A stretch of 64,000 bases of DNA from an uncultured Candidatus Rokubacteria bacterium (GTDB lineage Bacteria; Methylomirabilota; Methylomirabilia; Rokubacteriales; DASRDR01), in contig CAWDVE010000010.1 of assembly GCA_963805625.1 (NCBI GenBank), positions 1,312,001 to 1,376,000 of the forward strand, read 5' to 3'. The notes under the pieces were generated by a model. The model saw only the letters and a list, made by a program, of their open reading frames with translations. It searched no databases and was not told where the DNA came from. Made by a program: the position numbers and the translations under genes. Each line of letters begins with the position of its first letter. The stretch's first letter is position 1. Below, one piece after another: positions 21,103 through 29,159 of the stretch.

Positions 21103-21211
21103 GTGGTCGCGGCCATTTCAACCACCTGCGAGGTCATTTCAGCCCCGGCCCGCGTGCTCGCGGCCGGCGATCATGGCGTCCTCCCGTTGACGGCGGCGCG
21201 CCTCCACGCGG

Positions 21212-21227
21212 CGGCATCGCCCGTGCT
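21212..21227 (+). promoter_or_regulatory. Sigma54-type -24/-12 promoter
   Basis: CGGCATCGCCCGTGCT = GG-N10-GC, in the same position relative to the start codon as for paralogue A. Confidence 0.55.
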
Positions 21228-21239
21228 ACCCTCGGCGCC

Positions 21240-21443
21240 GTGGAGTCCCCGCGCCTCCAGTCGGCCACGGAAGCCGGCGCCTACCGCCTCCTGCGCGAGG
21301 CCCTCCTCGAACTGCGGCAGGCCGAGCGGACCCTGACGATCCTCGAAGAGGCCGCGCCGGATGTGGAGCGTGCCCTCCTCCTGGTCGCGATCCGGGCGGC
21401 GATCGTCCAACTCGAGGTCTACGTGCGACCGCTGCCGGGCTGA
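21240..21443 (+). CDS. Small helical hypothetical protein (67 aa), paralogue B
   Basis: MESPRLQSATEAGAYRL..LRQAE..PD..AIRAAI; aligns with 20844-21032. Confidence 0.7.
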   Translation: MESPRLQSATEAGAYRLLREALLELRQAERTLTILEEAAPDVERALLLVAIRAAIVQLEVYVRPLPG

Positions 21444-21547
21444 GCCTGCGCGGCAAGCTTCATCAACGCGCCCGCTCCCCCTCGATAGCCCACTCGGCGC
21501 GCGCGGGCTCTCACAGCTCCAGCGCCGCCATCCGCGCGGGCGGCGAT

Positions 21548-21835
21548 CATGGCGTCGCCGCCGGTCTCGCCCGCGCCGGGTCAGCGCGAGGCCGACCAGC
21601 GCCAGCGTCTGGAACGTGGCACTCGCCGGCCCCGGCACGGGGGTGGCGTCGGTCGTGGGCGTCTCCTGGGTGATGAGGGTGACCCCGGCGTGGGCGCCCC
21701 GCACTCGCGGCAGAGCACCCACTCGCCGTCGAGGTGCCGATACACCACGCCCGAGGAGAGTTGCAGGGTGTCGCCGTCGTGGTACCAGCCGAGCGCGGCC
21801 CAATCAATCTCCACCGTCGTCTCTCCGCTTGGCAT
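21548..21835 (-). pseudogene. Frameshifted hypothetical protein with a PEP-CTERM-like tail
   Basis: MPSGETTVEIDW..CRECGAPTP, then after a shift in the run near 21683 VTLITQETPTTDATPVPGPASATFQTLALVGLALTRRGR; ends approximate. Confidence 0.4.
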
Positions 21836-21906
21836 CGTTTACCGCTTTCCGCATCGTTCGCTCACCGCCCCGGCGGTGTTTCACGCACCGCGCGGGCGGC
21901 ATCCTT

Positions 21907-22208
21907 GCTACGAACCTCTCGGCTGGTCTTCTGACAGGGTTCCTTTCACCGTCGCCGAGAGAGTCGTCGAACCGGAGAGCAAGATCTCAATGAACCCCCC
22001 TGTAATGCGACCCCGGCGTCACGATTCAACCGGACCCAGCCCGATGCTCTATGCCTCGGAGCATCAGTGTCGTCAGCCGCCGGAGCTCGGCGGCCTCCGC
22101 CTGCAACTCTCGGGCGCTCGTCCGATAGTAGAGCCATGACACCAGCCACGTGATCAGCCCGCCGAGAAGGACGCTGACGCCGGTCGACACCCACGAATTC
22201 ATCATCAC
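21907..22208 (-). pseudogene. Small single-TM hypothetical protein with two apparent frameshifts
   Basis: TM helix then LRRLTTLMLRGIE / SGWVRLNRDA / GRITGGFIEILLSGSTTLSATVKG..* across three frames; ATG overlaps the XRE stop. Confidence 0.5.
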
Positions 22209-22420
22209 TCCAGCAGCGCCGTCACCGGCACGCCGAGGGCCTTGGCGAGGCGCTGGAGGATCACGATGCCGGGACTCTTGTTTCCGCGTGTCCCCGCCTC
22301 AAGCTGGGACAGGTACGGCTGAGAGACGCGCGCTTTCTTCGACAAAGCGGCCTGACTGAGTCTTTGAGTCTGGCGGAGCTTTCGCACCTTCACACCGAAC
22401 CTCACCCTCCGTGGACTCAT
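22205..22420 (-). CDS. XRE-family helix-turn-helix repressor
   Basis: LRQTQRLSQAALSKKARVSQPYLSQLEAG..PG...LQRLAKALGV (Cro/C1 HTH). Confidence 0.92.
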   Translation of the reverse strand: MSPRRVRFGVKVRKLRQTQRLSQAALSKKARVSQPYLSQLEAGTRGNKSPGIVILQRLAKALGVPVTALLE

Positions 22421-22422
22421 GT

Positions 22423-22448
22423 TATTGCAATCGCAATAGTCATGTCAA
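22423..22448 (-). promoter_or_regulatory. Sigma70 -35 box plus palindromic operator upstream of the XRE gene
   Basis: Minus-strand TTGACA (22443-22448) followed by the inverted repeat TATTGC-N4-GCAATA (22423-22438), in an AT-rich patch. Confidence 0.7.
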
Positions 22449-22466
22449 GGTCTCCATGGGCCTGGT

Positions 22467-22906
22467 CTAGCGGGTGCCTTCCAGCGCCTTGATCCACTCT
22501 TTGACGATGTTGCTCTCGCAGCCGCGGCTGGACATGTTCAACACCTCGGTGCCCGACTCATTGTCGATCAGTGTGATGTCATAGGTGACTGCGGCTCGAA
22601 GTTCGCGATGCAGACGTCGAACTGCTGCCATGCCACCAAGAGGCGGTACCGAGTTCGGAACGTGGCGAACTGCTCAAGCTGCGTCTGCTCACCCGTTGTG
22701 CCGCGAGTGACCTGAGGGCCCCGGTCGGTGGCCAAGCGCCATCCGCGCTGGGCTAGGGCATCCTTCAGGGCGCCGGTGAGGCCCCCGCCGGGCGGGACCG
22801 TCACGGTGCGGGTGGTTAGATCGACGGGTCCATAGGTGCGAACGCGATAGGAACCGCAGGCCGACAGGATGACGAGCGCCACCCCAAGGGTCAATATTCG
22901 TCGCAT
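22467..22906 (-). pseudogene. Hypothetical lipoprotein, one frameshift near 22591
   Basis: SD GGAGG, lipobox LSAC; after FEP a shifted frame continues VTYDITLIDNESGTEVLNMSSRGCESNIVKEWIKALEGTR*. Confidence 0.65.
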
Positions 22907-22910
22907 GGTT

Positions 22911-23196
22911 TCACTCCTCCACCACCGAGTTGGCATAGGCGATCCAGCGGTCGATCCGGCGCAGCCACTGGTGGAGATGCGGCGGACTGGTCCGGAAGGT
23001 GACCCGGGCGCCATCAAGCCCGAGGCGGCCGAGCTCCGGCGTGAACCGCGTCGTCGTCAGCCCGGGTGGCGGCCGGAGAAAGGCGGCGCGCCAGACCCGC
23101 GACGGAACCGCACTGAGTGCGACCTCGTAGAGCGCCAGGGGACGGCGTGGCCAGCGCGATCGGGTGGGGTGGACGCTGGACCCGGTGGATCGCCAC
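22911..23196 (-). pseudogene. Hypothetical protein, frameshifted near 23155
   Basis: MAIHRVQRPPHP, then in a shifted frame PLALYEVALSAVPSRVWRAAFLRPP..RFTPELG..WLRRIDRWIAYANSVVEE*, stopping 4 nt before the next ATG. Confidence 0.5.
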
Positions 23197-23389
23197 GACC
23201 GTCAGCGCGGCTCAGGGGGCCTGTACCGCCGGAGCGGGTTCACAGTCTGATCGGGCTCCCAGATCGGTACGAGAAGCCATCAGCCATCACCGACAAGGAC
23301 GGGTACGTCCTCGGTATTGCAGCCACACCACAGGATCGCGGGACCTCGGAGAACTCCAACGATGTGCCGCAGGAACGAGTTGTGGAGCG

Positions 23390-24103
23390 TCATTGCTGAG
23401 CAGATCGGGCGCCACGGCGCCACGCGAGCGCGCCGAGCGTCAGCAGACCGCATGCCGTGAGCAGCACGGTCGACGGCTCCGACACCCGCTGCCGGAACAA
23501 CAAAATATCGAAAGCACCAACCCGATCGCGCTCACCGAGGCTGATCGTTTTCTCCATCACTCCGCCGCCACGGTCCGGCAGGTGTTCGACGATGCCGAGC
23601 GCATGACCGATCTCGTGTTTCGCTACGGTGAGGAAGTCGGTCGTTAGCGCGGGTGGCTCGCCTGCGTCGTCCGTCGCCGGAGTCGGATCGAGGAACCACT
23701 GAAGCAACGTGTTGAAGTAGATCTCCCCCTCGGGGAAGTCGGGGGAGTTTCTCGGCGGAGATGGGTACTGCCCCGCCGCCCAGCCGCCTTGAGGGACGGT
23801 GACGCCCGGGATATCTAAGAGATCGTTCGGGGCGCCCACCTCGCCGAACCTCTTGAAGAGATCCGCGTCCTCCCACCGGAGCGTCCAGGTGCCGAGCACC
23901 TGATCGAAGTTCTCGATGAAAGTCTTCCACTCCGAGAGGGCCTCGTTGACGATCGCTTTCTCGGCCTCAGTCCACGGCTTGGCAGGGTGGCCGGCGGTCG
24001 TGCCGGCGTCACCCGGGTTGACGAAGATGACCCCGGCGCGCGCCGGATGCGTGCCGAGCGTGAGTGTCGAGAGGAGAGCAAGGAGAAGGATCGTGGAGAT
24101 CAT
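23390..24103 (-). CDS. Exported metzincin (matrixin-like) metalloprotease with a PEP-CTERM-type sorting tail
   Basis: Signal peptide, HEIGHALGIVEH, Met-turn VM, C-terminal VSEPSTVLLTACGLLTLGALAWRR. Confidence 0.85.
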   Translation of the reverse strand: MISTILLLALLSTLTLGTHPARAGVIFVNPGDAGTTAGHPAKPWTEAEKAIVNEALSEWKTFIENFDQVLGTWTLRWEDADLFKRFGEVGAPNDLLDIPGVTVPQGGWAAGQYPSPPRNSPDFPEGEIYFNTLLQWFLDPTPATDDAGEPPALTTDFLTVAKHEIGHALGIVEHLPDRGGGVMEKTISLGERDRVGAFDILLFRQRVSEPSTVLLTACGLLTLGALAWRRGARSAQQ

Positions 24104-24146
24104 AACCGGCCCCCTTCAGGGATGGCTGTGCGTGAGTCGCATCGGG

Positions 24147-24161
24147 GCAACCTCGCGGCCA
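24147..24161 (-). promoter_or_regulatory. Sigma54-type promoter of the PEP-CTERM protease
   Basis: TGGCCGCGAGGTTGC = TGGC-N7-TTGC, 43 nt upstream of the ATG. Confidence 0.65.
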
Positions 24162-24222
24162 CACGTCCAGCAAGCGCGAGTCGGCCGCGGGCGGCCGGTG
24201 GCGTCGAGCCGGATGGGAGGCG

Positions 24223-25224
24223 TCACTGGATGATCTGGTCCGCTCGGGCCAGGATCGAAGGCGCGATCGTCAGGCCCAGCGCCTTGGCAGTCTTCAGGTT
24301 CACGAACAGGTCAAACTTCGTCGGCTGCTCGACGGGCATGTCGCCGGGCTTCGCCCCCTTGAGGATCTTGTCGACGAACGTCGCGGCGCGCCGCCGAACG
24401 TCGAGCGGGTTCGAGTAGTAGGACATGAGGCCGCCTTCCTCCACCGCATCCCCGTCGTCGTACATCGTGGGCAGGCGGTTCCGGGCCGCGAACTCCAAGA
24501 TGAGGTTAAAGTGCTCGCTGTTGATGGCGCTCCCAAACAGGAAGAGCCCGTCGGCGCGCTCCCGGGTGATGGCCGCCAGGGCCGCCGTCAGCTCGGCCAG
24601 CGTCCTGGCGTCATGGGGCAGGAGCGTCATCCCGAGCTTCGGTGCCACGCGCCGCTGGACGCGGACGTAGGGGTCATAGAGGTTCTCGCTCGAGTACAGC
24701 ACCGCCACCCGCGAGATCCTGGGCACGGCCTCCTTGAAGAGCTCGAGCGCCTCACCGGCGATCTCGAGCTCCGGACTTGAGGTCACCCCAGTCACGTTCC
24801 CGCCGGGCCGGGCGAAGCTCGCCACGAGCCCCCGCCCGACCGGGTCGGCGCTCCCGATGAAGACGATGGGGATCGTGGCCGTCGCCGCCTTGGCGGCTTT
24901 GGCGCTCGTCGAGTTCGCGGCCACGATGACGTCGACCTGGAGCGCGACCAGCTCGGCCGCGAGGGCTGGAAGCCGATCGACCTTCGACTCCGCGAAGCGA
25001 CTCTCGATGACCAAGTCCCGCCCCTCGACGTAGCCCAATTCAAAGAGTCCCTGTCGGAAGGCCACGACGTTAGTCCGGGGGCTGGGCGGTCCGAAGACTG
25101 GGGGCTGGCCGGTGTGCAGAAACCCGATGCGGTGGACCTTTCCCGTCGGCTGGGCCTCGGCGGCGAGCGGCGCGACGAGGAGGGCCAGGACGAGAACCGT
25201 GGTCGTGAACCGGGCAAGCCTCAT
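24223..25224 (-). CDS. Orphan ABC transporter substrate-binding protein (ABC_sub_bind family)
   Basis: AEAQP.GKV.RIGFL, LGYVEG, TIPIVF, DPV..GLVAS.ARPGGNVTG, KILKGAKPGD.PVEQPTKF. Confidence 0.93.
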   Translation of the reverse strand: MRLARFTTTVLVLALLVAPLAAEAQPTGKVHRIGFLHTGQPPVFGPPSPRTNVVAFRQGLFELGYVEGRDLVIESRFAESKVDRLPALAAELVALQVDVIVAANSTSAKAAKAATATIPIVFIGSADPVGRGLVASFARPGGNVTGVTSSPELEIAGEALELFKEAVPRISRVAVLYSSENLYDPYVRVQRRVAPKLGMTLLPHDARTLAELTAALAAITRERADGLFLFGSAINSEHFNLILEFAARNRLPTMYDDGDAVEEGGLMSYYSNPLDVRRRAATFVDKILKGAKPGDMPVEQPTKFDLFVNLKTAKALGLTIAPSILARADQIIQ

Positions 25225-25490
25225 GAAATCCTCCTGTCGTCCAGCACCCGGAGCGCCGACTCAAGGAACCGCCGGAGTTCGGCGTCGCGCGCCGCCAGCC
25301 GGGCGGCCCGGTCTCGTCGATGGAGCGCGGCCCGGCAGCGCCCGGAGCAGACCCGTTGCCCCTCGCGGGGCGGCGCCCCCTCCGGTTGGAGCGGCCGGCC
25401 ACAGACCGGGCACCGCGGGTCCGAGGGTACTACGGGCGGGGCCGGCGTACGTACGCCGCCTGGGCGGCCTGGCGTCCGTCTGGGAACCAT
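25221..25490 (-). CDS. Small zinc-ribbon protein (CxxC..CSxxC) with a coiled-coil tail
   Basis: CPVCGRPL..CSGRCR; stop overlaps the next ATG (ATGA). Confidence 0.65.
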   Translation of the reverse strand: MVPRRTPGRPGGVRTPAPPVVPSDPRCPVCGRPLQPEGAPPREGQRVCSGRCRAALHRRDRAARLAARDAELRRFLESALRVLDDRRIS

Positions 25491-25542
25491 TCTGGGTGAT
25501 CTCCTTACCGGGCCGCGCGCGCCCTGCGGGAGCCGGACGCGG

Positions 25543-25683
25543 TCACGACGGCGACTCCTGGAAGCCGCAGCGCGGGCGCTTCCCCTTCTTCACTTGGGGA
25601 CCCGTCGTCGCCGTCGTCACGCTGTTCTTCGGCGGCGTGTAGTACGGGGTCGGGGTCGGTTTGGGATAACTCGGGCCGCCCAT
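25543..25683 (-). CDS. Small Pro/Thr/Lys-rich protein
   Basis: MGGPSYPKPTPTPYYTPPK..., starting 2 nt after the upstream stop; the 3' end may be frameshifted. Confidence 0.45.
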   Translation of the reverse strand: MGGPSYPKPTPTPYYTPPKNSVTTATTGPQVKKGKRPRCGFQESPS

Positions 25684-25685
25684 GG

Positions 25686-26423
25686 TCAGCGCCGCGCCGT
25701 CGGCGGATCGGCCGGCCACCGCTGCCGCAAGGTTGCGGCATGCTTCGCCCCAAAGTTCTCCGCCACCTTCTGGATCGCGGCCTCGCGGTCCAGGTCGTAG
25801 TACCCCGCAAACTGCTGAATCATCTTCACCGCATTCCCGAGCCCGCTGCCATCGAGCGCCGTCTTGAGCCGGGTCTCCAACTCCGGCGCCAGGCTCTTCA
25901 CCACGCTGAGCACGCGCATCCCTTTCCCGAGCGTCTGCCGGGCCGCGTCCGCCAACCCCTCCGCCTTGATCAACGCGTCCAAGGCCTCGCGGTCGGTCGT
26001 CTGCACGACCCCGATCGCCGCCTCGGGCAGATCCTCCCGGAACCCGCGGATGTAATCCACGAGCGATTGCTGCACCGTGGCCGACACGCCCGCCGCCTGG
26101 CACACCTCGCCGACGACCCGCCCGGTCTCGGGGTCGAGACCCACCAGGGGCGCCGGCGCCGGTCCAGACACCCCGCTGGGCGCGGACGTCGTCCCGGAGA
26201 CCACCCGCAGGAGGCGGTCCATTTCTTCCAGCGCGCCGGGGGCGCCACGCCAGTAGGGGGACGAGGGATCGGCGCGGATCTGCTGGATCCTCTGCTCCGC
26301 CGCGACGCGATTCCCACTCCCACTCGGGGCGGGGGCGCGGGCGGCGGGGGCAAGGGCCGACCCGACGAGCCGCACGCGCTGGACGCCCCCCGGAGAGAGC
26401 TCGATCACCATCATGGTCGCCAC
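25686..26423 (-). CDS. Hypothetical protein with phage scaffolding-protein-like motifs
   Basis: SD AGGAGG; AEQRIQQIRADPSSPYW and LDGSGLGN..MIQ.F recall podovirus capsid-assembly proteins (from memory, not searched). Confidence 0.55.
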   Translation of the reverse strand: MATMMVIELSPGGVQRVRLVGSALAPAARAPAPSGSGNRVAAEQRIQQIRADPSSPYWRGAPGALEEMDRLLRVVSGTTSAPSGVSGPAPAPLVGLDPETGRVVGEVCQAAGVSATVQQSLVDYIRGFREDLPEAAIGVVQTTDREALDALIKAEGLADAARQTLGKGMRVLSVVKSLAPELETRLKTALDGSGLGNAVKMIQQFAGYYDLDREAAIQKVAENFGAKHAATLRQRWPADPPTARR

Positions 26424-26531
26424 CTCCTGCTCGCCCTGTATCAGGACGCGCCGAGGGGGCGATCTGGGGAAAACCAGGGTGGCTCGGGTCGCTGGGGGCC
26501 GAGGGCACTCCGGGCCGCGGAGCCGGCGACG

Positions 26532-27266
26532 TTACAGCGGGTCGACCCCCCGGGCGAGGCGGGTGAGGTTGGGACGTTCCGCCGCGAGGAAGGCACGGAG
26601 CGTCTTCCGGTCGAGATGGGCGCGCCGGGCCGCTTCCGCCTGAGACGTGTGGTCCTGGTACAAGCACGTCAGCGCCACGGCCTTCCGGGCCCCGAGGCGC
26701 CCCCGGCCGGCGATGCGGGCCAGGTAGGCGCCCCATCGCGCGGCGCGCGCCGTCCCCTCGACGCGGGGGACGAGCTCCTGCTCCGGGTCCAGGATCTCCT
26801 CGACGGTCGCCTCGAGATCCGGCACGGTGAGCGCTTGCCGCTGCTCGCGCTGCCGCGTGCGCCGGATGCGCGCCTGCTCGGCATTGGTGACATGCCAAAT
26901 CGCCCACGTCGGCTCTAGTCGGATGGCCGGGAGATACTCGACGCGGGCGCGGCGGAGGTCCTCGAGGAAGCCTCGTTCGAGCGCGGCGTCCCACTCCGGG
27001 CGCGCCGGCCCCTGGAGCATCCGCCGCACGGGACTACTCGCGATCCAGTGCGCGGATCGACGCCGTGGCGTCACCTCGAGGTAGCGGGTCAATCGCTCCA
27101 GCACCCGACCCGCGAGCTCGGCGCGCTGCTCGGCCGTGCGCCACAGCCCCTTCTTGTAGAGCGCGAAGAGAAACGGCTGCAGGAGGCGCGCCGGGGGCTG
27201 CGACGCGTCCACCGCGGTCCGCACCTGGTCGAGGATCGAGGCGTCGCGGCGCCGCCGTACCTCGGC
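26532..27266 (-). CDS. Protein with a C-terminal HTH (sigma region 4 / late-activator-like), 5' end joined in frame to the lysE fragment
   Basis: SQAEAARRAHLDRKTLR HTH; no start or SD of its own at the junction. Confidence 0.6.
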   Translation of the reverse strand, partial: AEVRRRRDASILDQVRTAVDASQPPARLLQPFLFALYKKGLWRTAEQRAELAGRVLERLTRYLEVTPRRRSAHWIASSPVRRMLQGPARPEWDAALERGFLEDLRRARVEYLPAIRLEPTWAIWHVTNAEQARIRRTRQREQRQALTVPDLEATVEEILDPEQELVPRVEGTARAARWGAYLARIAGRGRLGARKAVALTCLYQDHTSQAEAARRAHLDRKTLRAFLAAERPNLTRLARGVDPL

Positions 27267-27566
27267 GGTGACGAGAACCGTTGCCTCCCGCCAGCTTCCC
27301 GCACCCGCGATCCCCAGGCCGGCAAAGACGGCCACGAAGGAGAGGCGCAGGGCGCCCTGCTGCCGCACGAGGAGGCTGGAGACCGCCGTCAGTCCGAAAC
27401 CCGCGATGGCACCGTAAACGGCGCCCGCCGCGGCCGCCCCGAGACCCACCGCAAGCCCCGTCACGCGGCCGTCGGTGAGCGTCCGCCGGATGCACAGGAC
27501 ACCGATCGGGCCGACGGGCGCTGCGATGGAAAAGCCGATCACGACTCCTTGCAGGAGCGTCTCGAG
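27267..27566 (-). pseudogene. lysE: 5' fragment of a LysE-family translocator with an internal deletion
   Basis: GFSIAAPVGPIGVLCIRRTL..G..GLGAA..YGAIAGFG, then LRL joined directly to SFVAVFAGLG (TLTNP segment missing); no start codon visible. Confidence 0.88.
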
Positions 27567-27577
27567 TCTCCGAAGAC

Positions 27578-27973
27578 TCAGGCGGCCGGTCGGGAGACGG
27601 GCGTGATCCGCACGAGGACGCTGCGGCCACCGCGAAGACCGCGCCTGATGTAGCGGCCCATCCAGAGCGGAACCATGAGCCAGTACTTCCGCCGGTACGC
27701 GCGGAGCAGCGCGGCCTCGAGGTCGGGACGCCCATCCACCCATTCCGCCCGGCCCTCGAAGGGCGGCCCGTCCTTCGAACCGACGCGGACCGTCACGCGC
27801 CCGGTCTCGCGGATCCGGCGCGCCTTGAGGCTCTCCCGCTGCGTCGTGAAGTAGGCGGCGTCGCCATCGTACCAGCACCACACGGGAACGGTGCCCGATC
27901 TCCCCGAGGCGCCGTAGGTCGTGAGGTAAAGATAGCTTGCGCGGCGGAGCGCCGCGTCGAGCGCCGGATCCAT
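27578..27973 (-). CDS. Pyridoxamine 5'-phosphate oxidase-like (PPOX / split-barrel) protein
   Basis: YLTTYGASG...VPVW, S.KARRIR...RV, Y.RKY. Confidence 0.8.
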   Translation of the reverse strand: MDPALDAALRRASYLYLTTYGASGRSGTVPVWCWYDGDAAYFTTQRESLKARRIRETGRVTVRVGSKDGPPFEGRAEWVDGRPDLEAALLRAYRRKYWLMVPLWMGRYIRRGLRGGRSVLVRITPVSRPAA

Positions 27974-28108
27974 GCGAGAATTCTACCCCCCGGCCGGTTG
28001 TGCCGCAGGGAGCCGGCATCGCGATACGCCGCATCGAGCCGATGCTCGACAGCGTCGCGTGCCTTGGTCACAGCTCCCGGCTGTGGGCGCTGACTCCAGG
28101 AGGAGCGA

Positions 28109-29143
28109 ATGGACGAAACCTCCGGCGAACCCCGAGGACCCAGGCGGCGAGCTCCGCTCCGGCTCCCCCACCCGAGCGGCATCGAGCGCGCGCGCACCGC
28201 GCTCCGCGCCCACCTCCTCGAGACGCCGCTCGTCCGCTCCGAGCTCCTCTCGCGGGCGCTCGCCACCGAAGTCTGGCTCAAGAACGAGACGGTTAGCCCG
28301 ATCGCGTCGTTCAAGCTCCGGGGCGCGCTGACGGCTCTCCTGCGGGCACGCGATGCGGGCGGCGCCACGGAGGCGGTGACCTCTTCGACCGGCAACCACG
28401 GGCAGGGTGTCGCGTACGCGGCGAGGGCTCTTGGCATGACGGCCCACATCTTCCTCCCCCGCGGGGCGAACCCCGTGAAGCGACGGATGATCGAGGCCCT
28501 GGGCGCGACCATCCACGAGGGAGGCGCCGACCTCGACGACGCCAAGGCCGACGCCGAGCGCTTCGCCGCATCGGGCGGCTTCCTGTTCGTGGACGATGGC
28601 GAGAGCCTCGACGTCATGGAAGGGGCGGGCACCGTCGGCCTCGAGGTTGCCGAGCAGCTCCCAGAGATCGACATCCTGTTCGTGCCGATGGGCAGCGGCA
28701 CCCTGGCGGTTGGCTGTGCCGTCGCGCTCAAGGGCCTCCAGCCCCGGGCGCGCGTGGTGACAGTCCAGTCCTCGGGCTCACCTGCGATGGTTGAGAGCTT
28801 TCACGCGCGCCGGGCGGTCGAGCGGGCAATCGACACCATCGCCGACGGGCTCGTGTGCCGGATCCCCGCCCGCCTCGCGCTGGAAGGACTCTGGATCTGG
28901 GTCGACGACGCTGTCTCCATTCCCGACGGCGCCCTGCTCCAGGCTCTTCGCGCGCTCGTCGAGCATGCCCATGTCCTCGTCGAGCCCGCCGGTGCCGCGG
29001 CGCTGGCCGCCGCCTGGGCGGCCCGGGCGGATCTTCGCGGGCAGCGCGTGGTCCTGATCCTGACGGGAGCCAACGTGACGATGCCCATCCTCGCAGACGC
29101 GCTCTCGGCGCCCCCGCTTTTCGATCCCGCGGGCCCGGACTGA
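28109..29143 (+). CDS. PLP-dependent threonine/serine dehydratase family
   Basis: TPL, LKNE..SFKLRGA, SSTGNHGQGVA, PMGSG, TIADGL, VEPAGAA, TGAN. Confidence 0.92.
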   Translation: MDETSGEPRGPRRRAPLRLPHPSGIERARTALRAHLLETPLVRSELLSRALATEVWLKNETVSPIASFKLRGALTALLRARDAGGATEAVTSSTGNHGQGVAYAARALGMTAHIFLPRGANPVKRRMIEALGATIHEGGADLDDAKADAERFAASGGFLFVDDGESLDVMEGAGTVGLEVAEQLPEIDILFVPMGSGTLAVGCAVALKGLQPRARVVTVQSSGSPAMVESFHARRAVERAIDTIADGLVCRIPARLALEGLWIWVDDAVSIPDGALLQALRALVEHAHVLVEPAGAAALAAAWAARADLRGQRVVLILTGANVTMPILADALSAPPLFDPAGPD

Positions 29144-29159
29144 ACGGGCGCGCCGGCTG

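Larger units (their letters stand above)
20808..27269. mobile_element. ~6.46-kb insertion interrupting lysE (phage/satellite-like cargo, no integrase)
   Basis: Flanked by collinear lysE halves; CGGT at both ends (20808-20811 and 27266-27269); accessory gene content. Confidence 0.8.

Noticed and set aside
23197-23389. Short ORFs between the protease and the 22911-23196 gene
   Set aside because: No convincing start, SD or protein-like motif in any frame.
20808-27269. CGGT as a proven target-site duplication
   Set aside because: Four bases in GC-rich DNA can match by chance and there are no terminal inverted repeats; kept only as possible microhomology.
27567-28034. 5' part of the 500-aa ORF 26532-28034
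   Set aside because: It overlaps the PPOX gene in another frame; only the lysE and HTH parts are credible.
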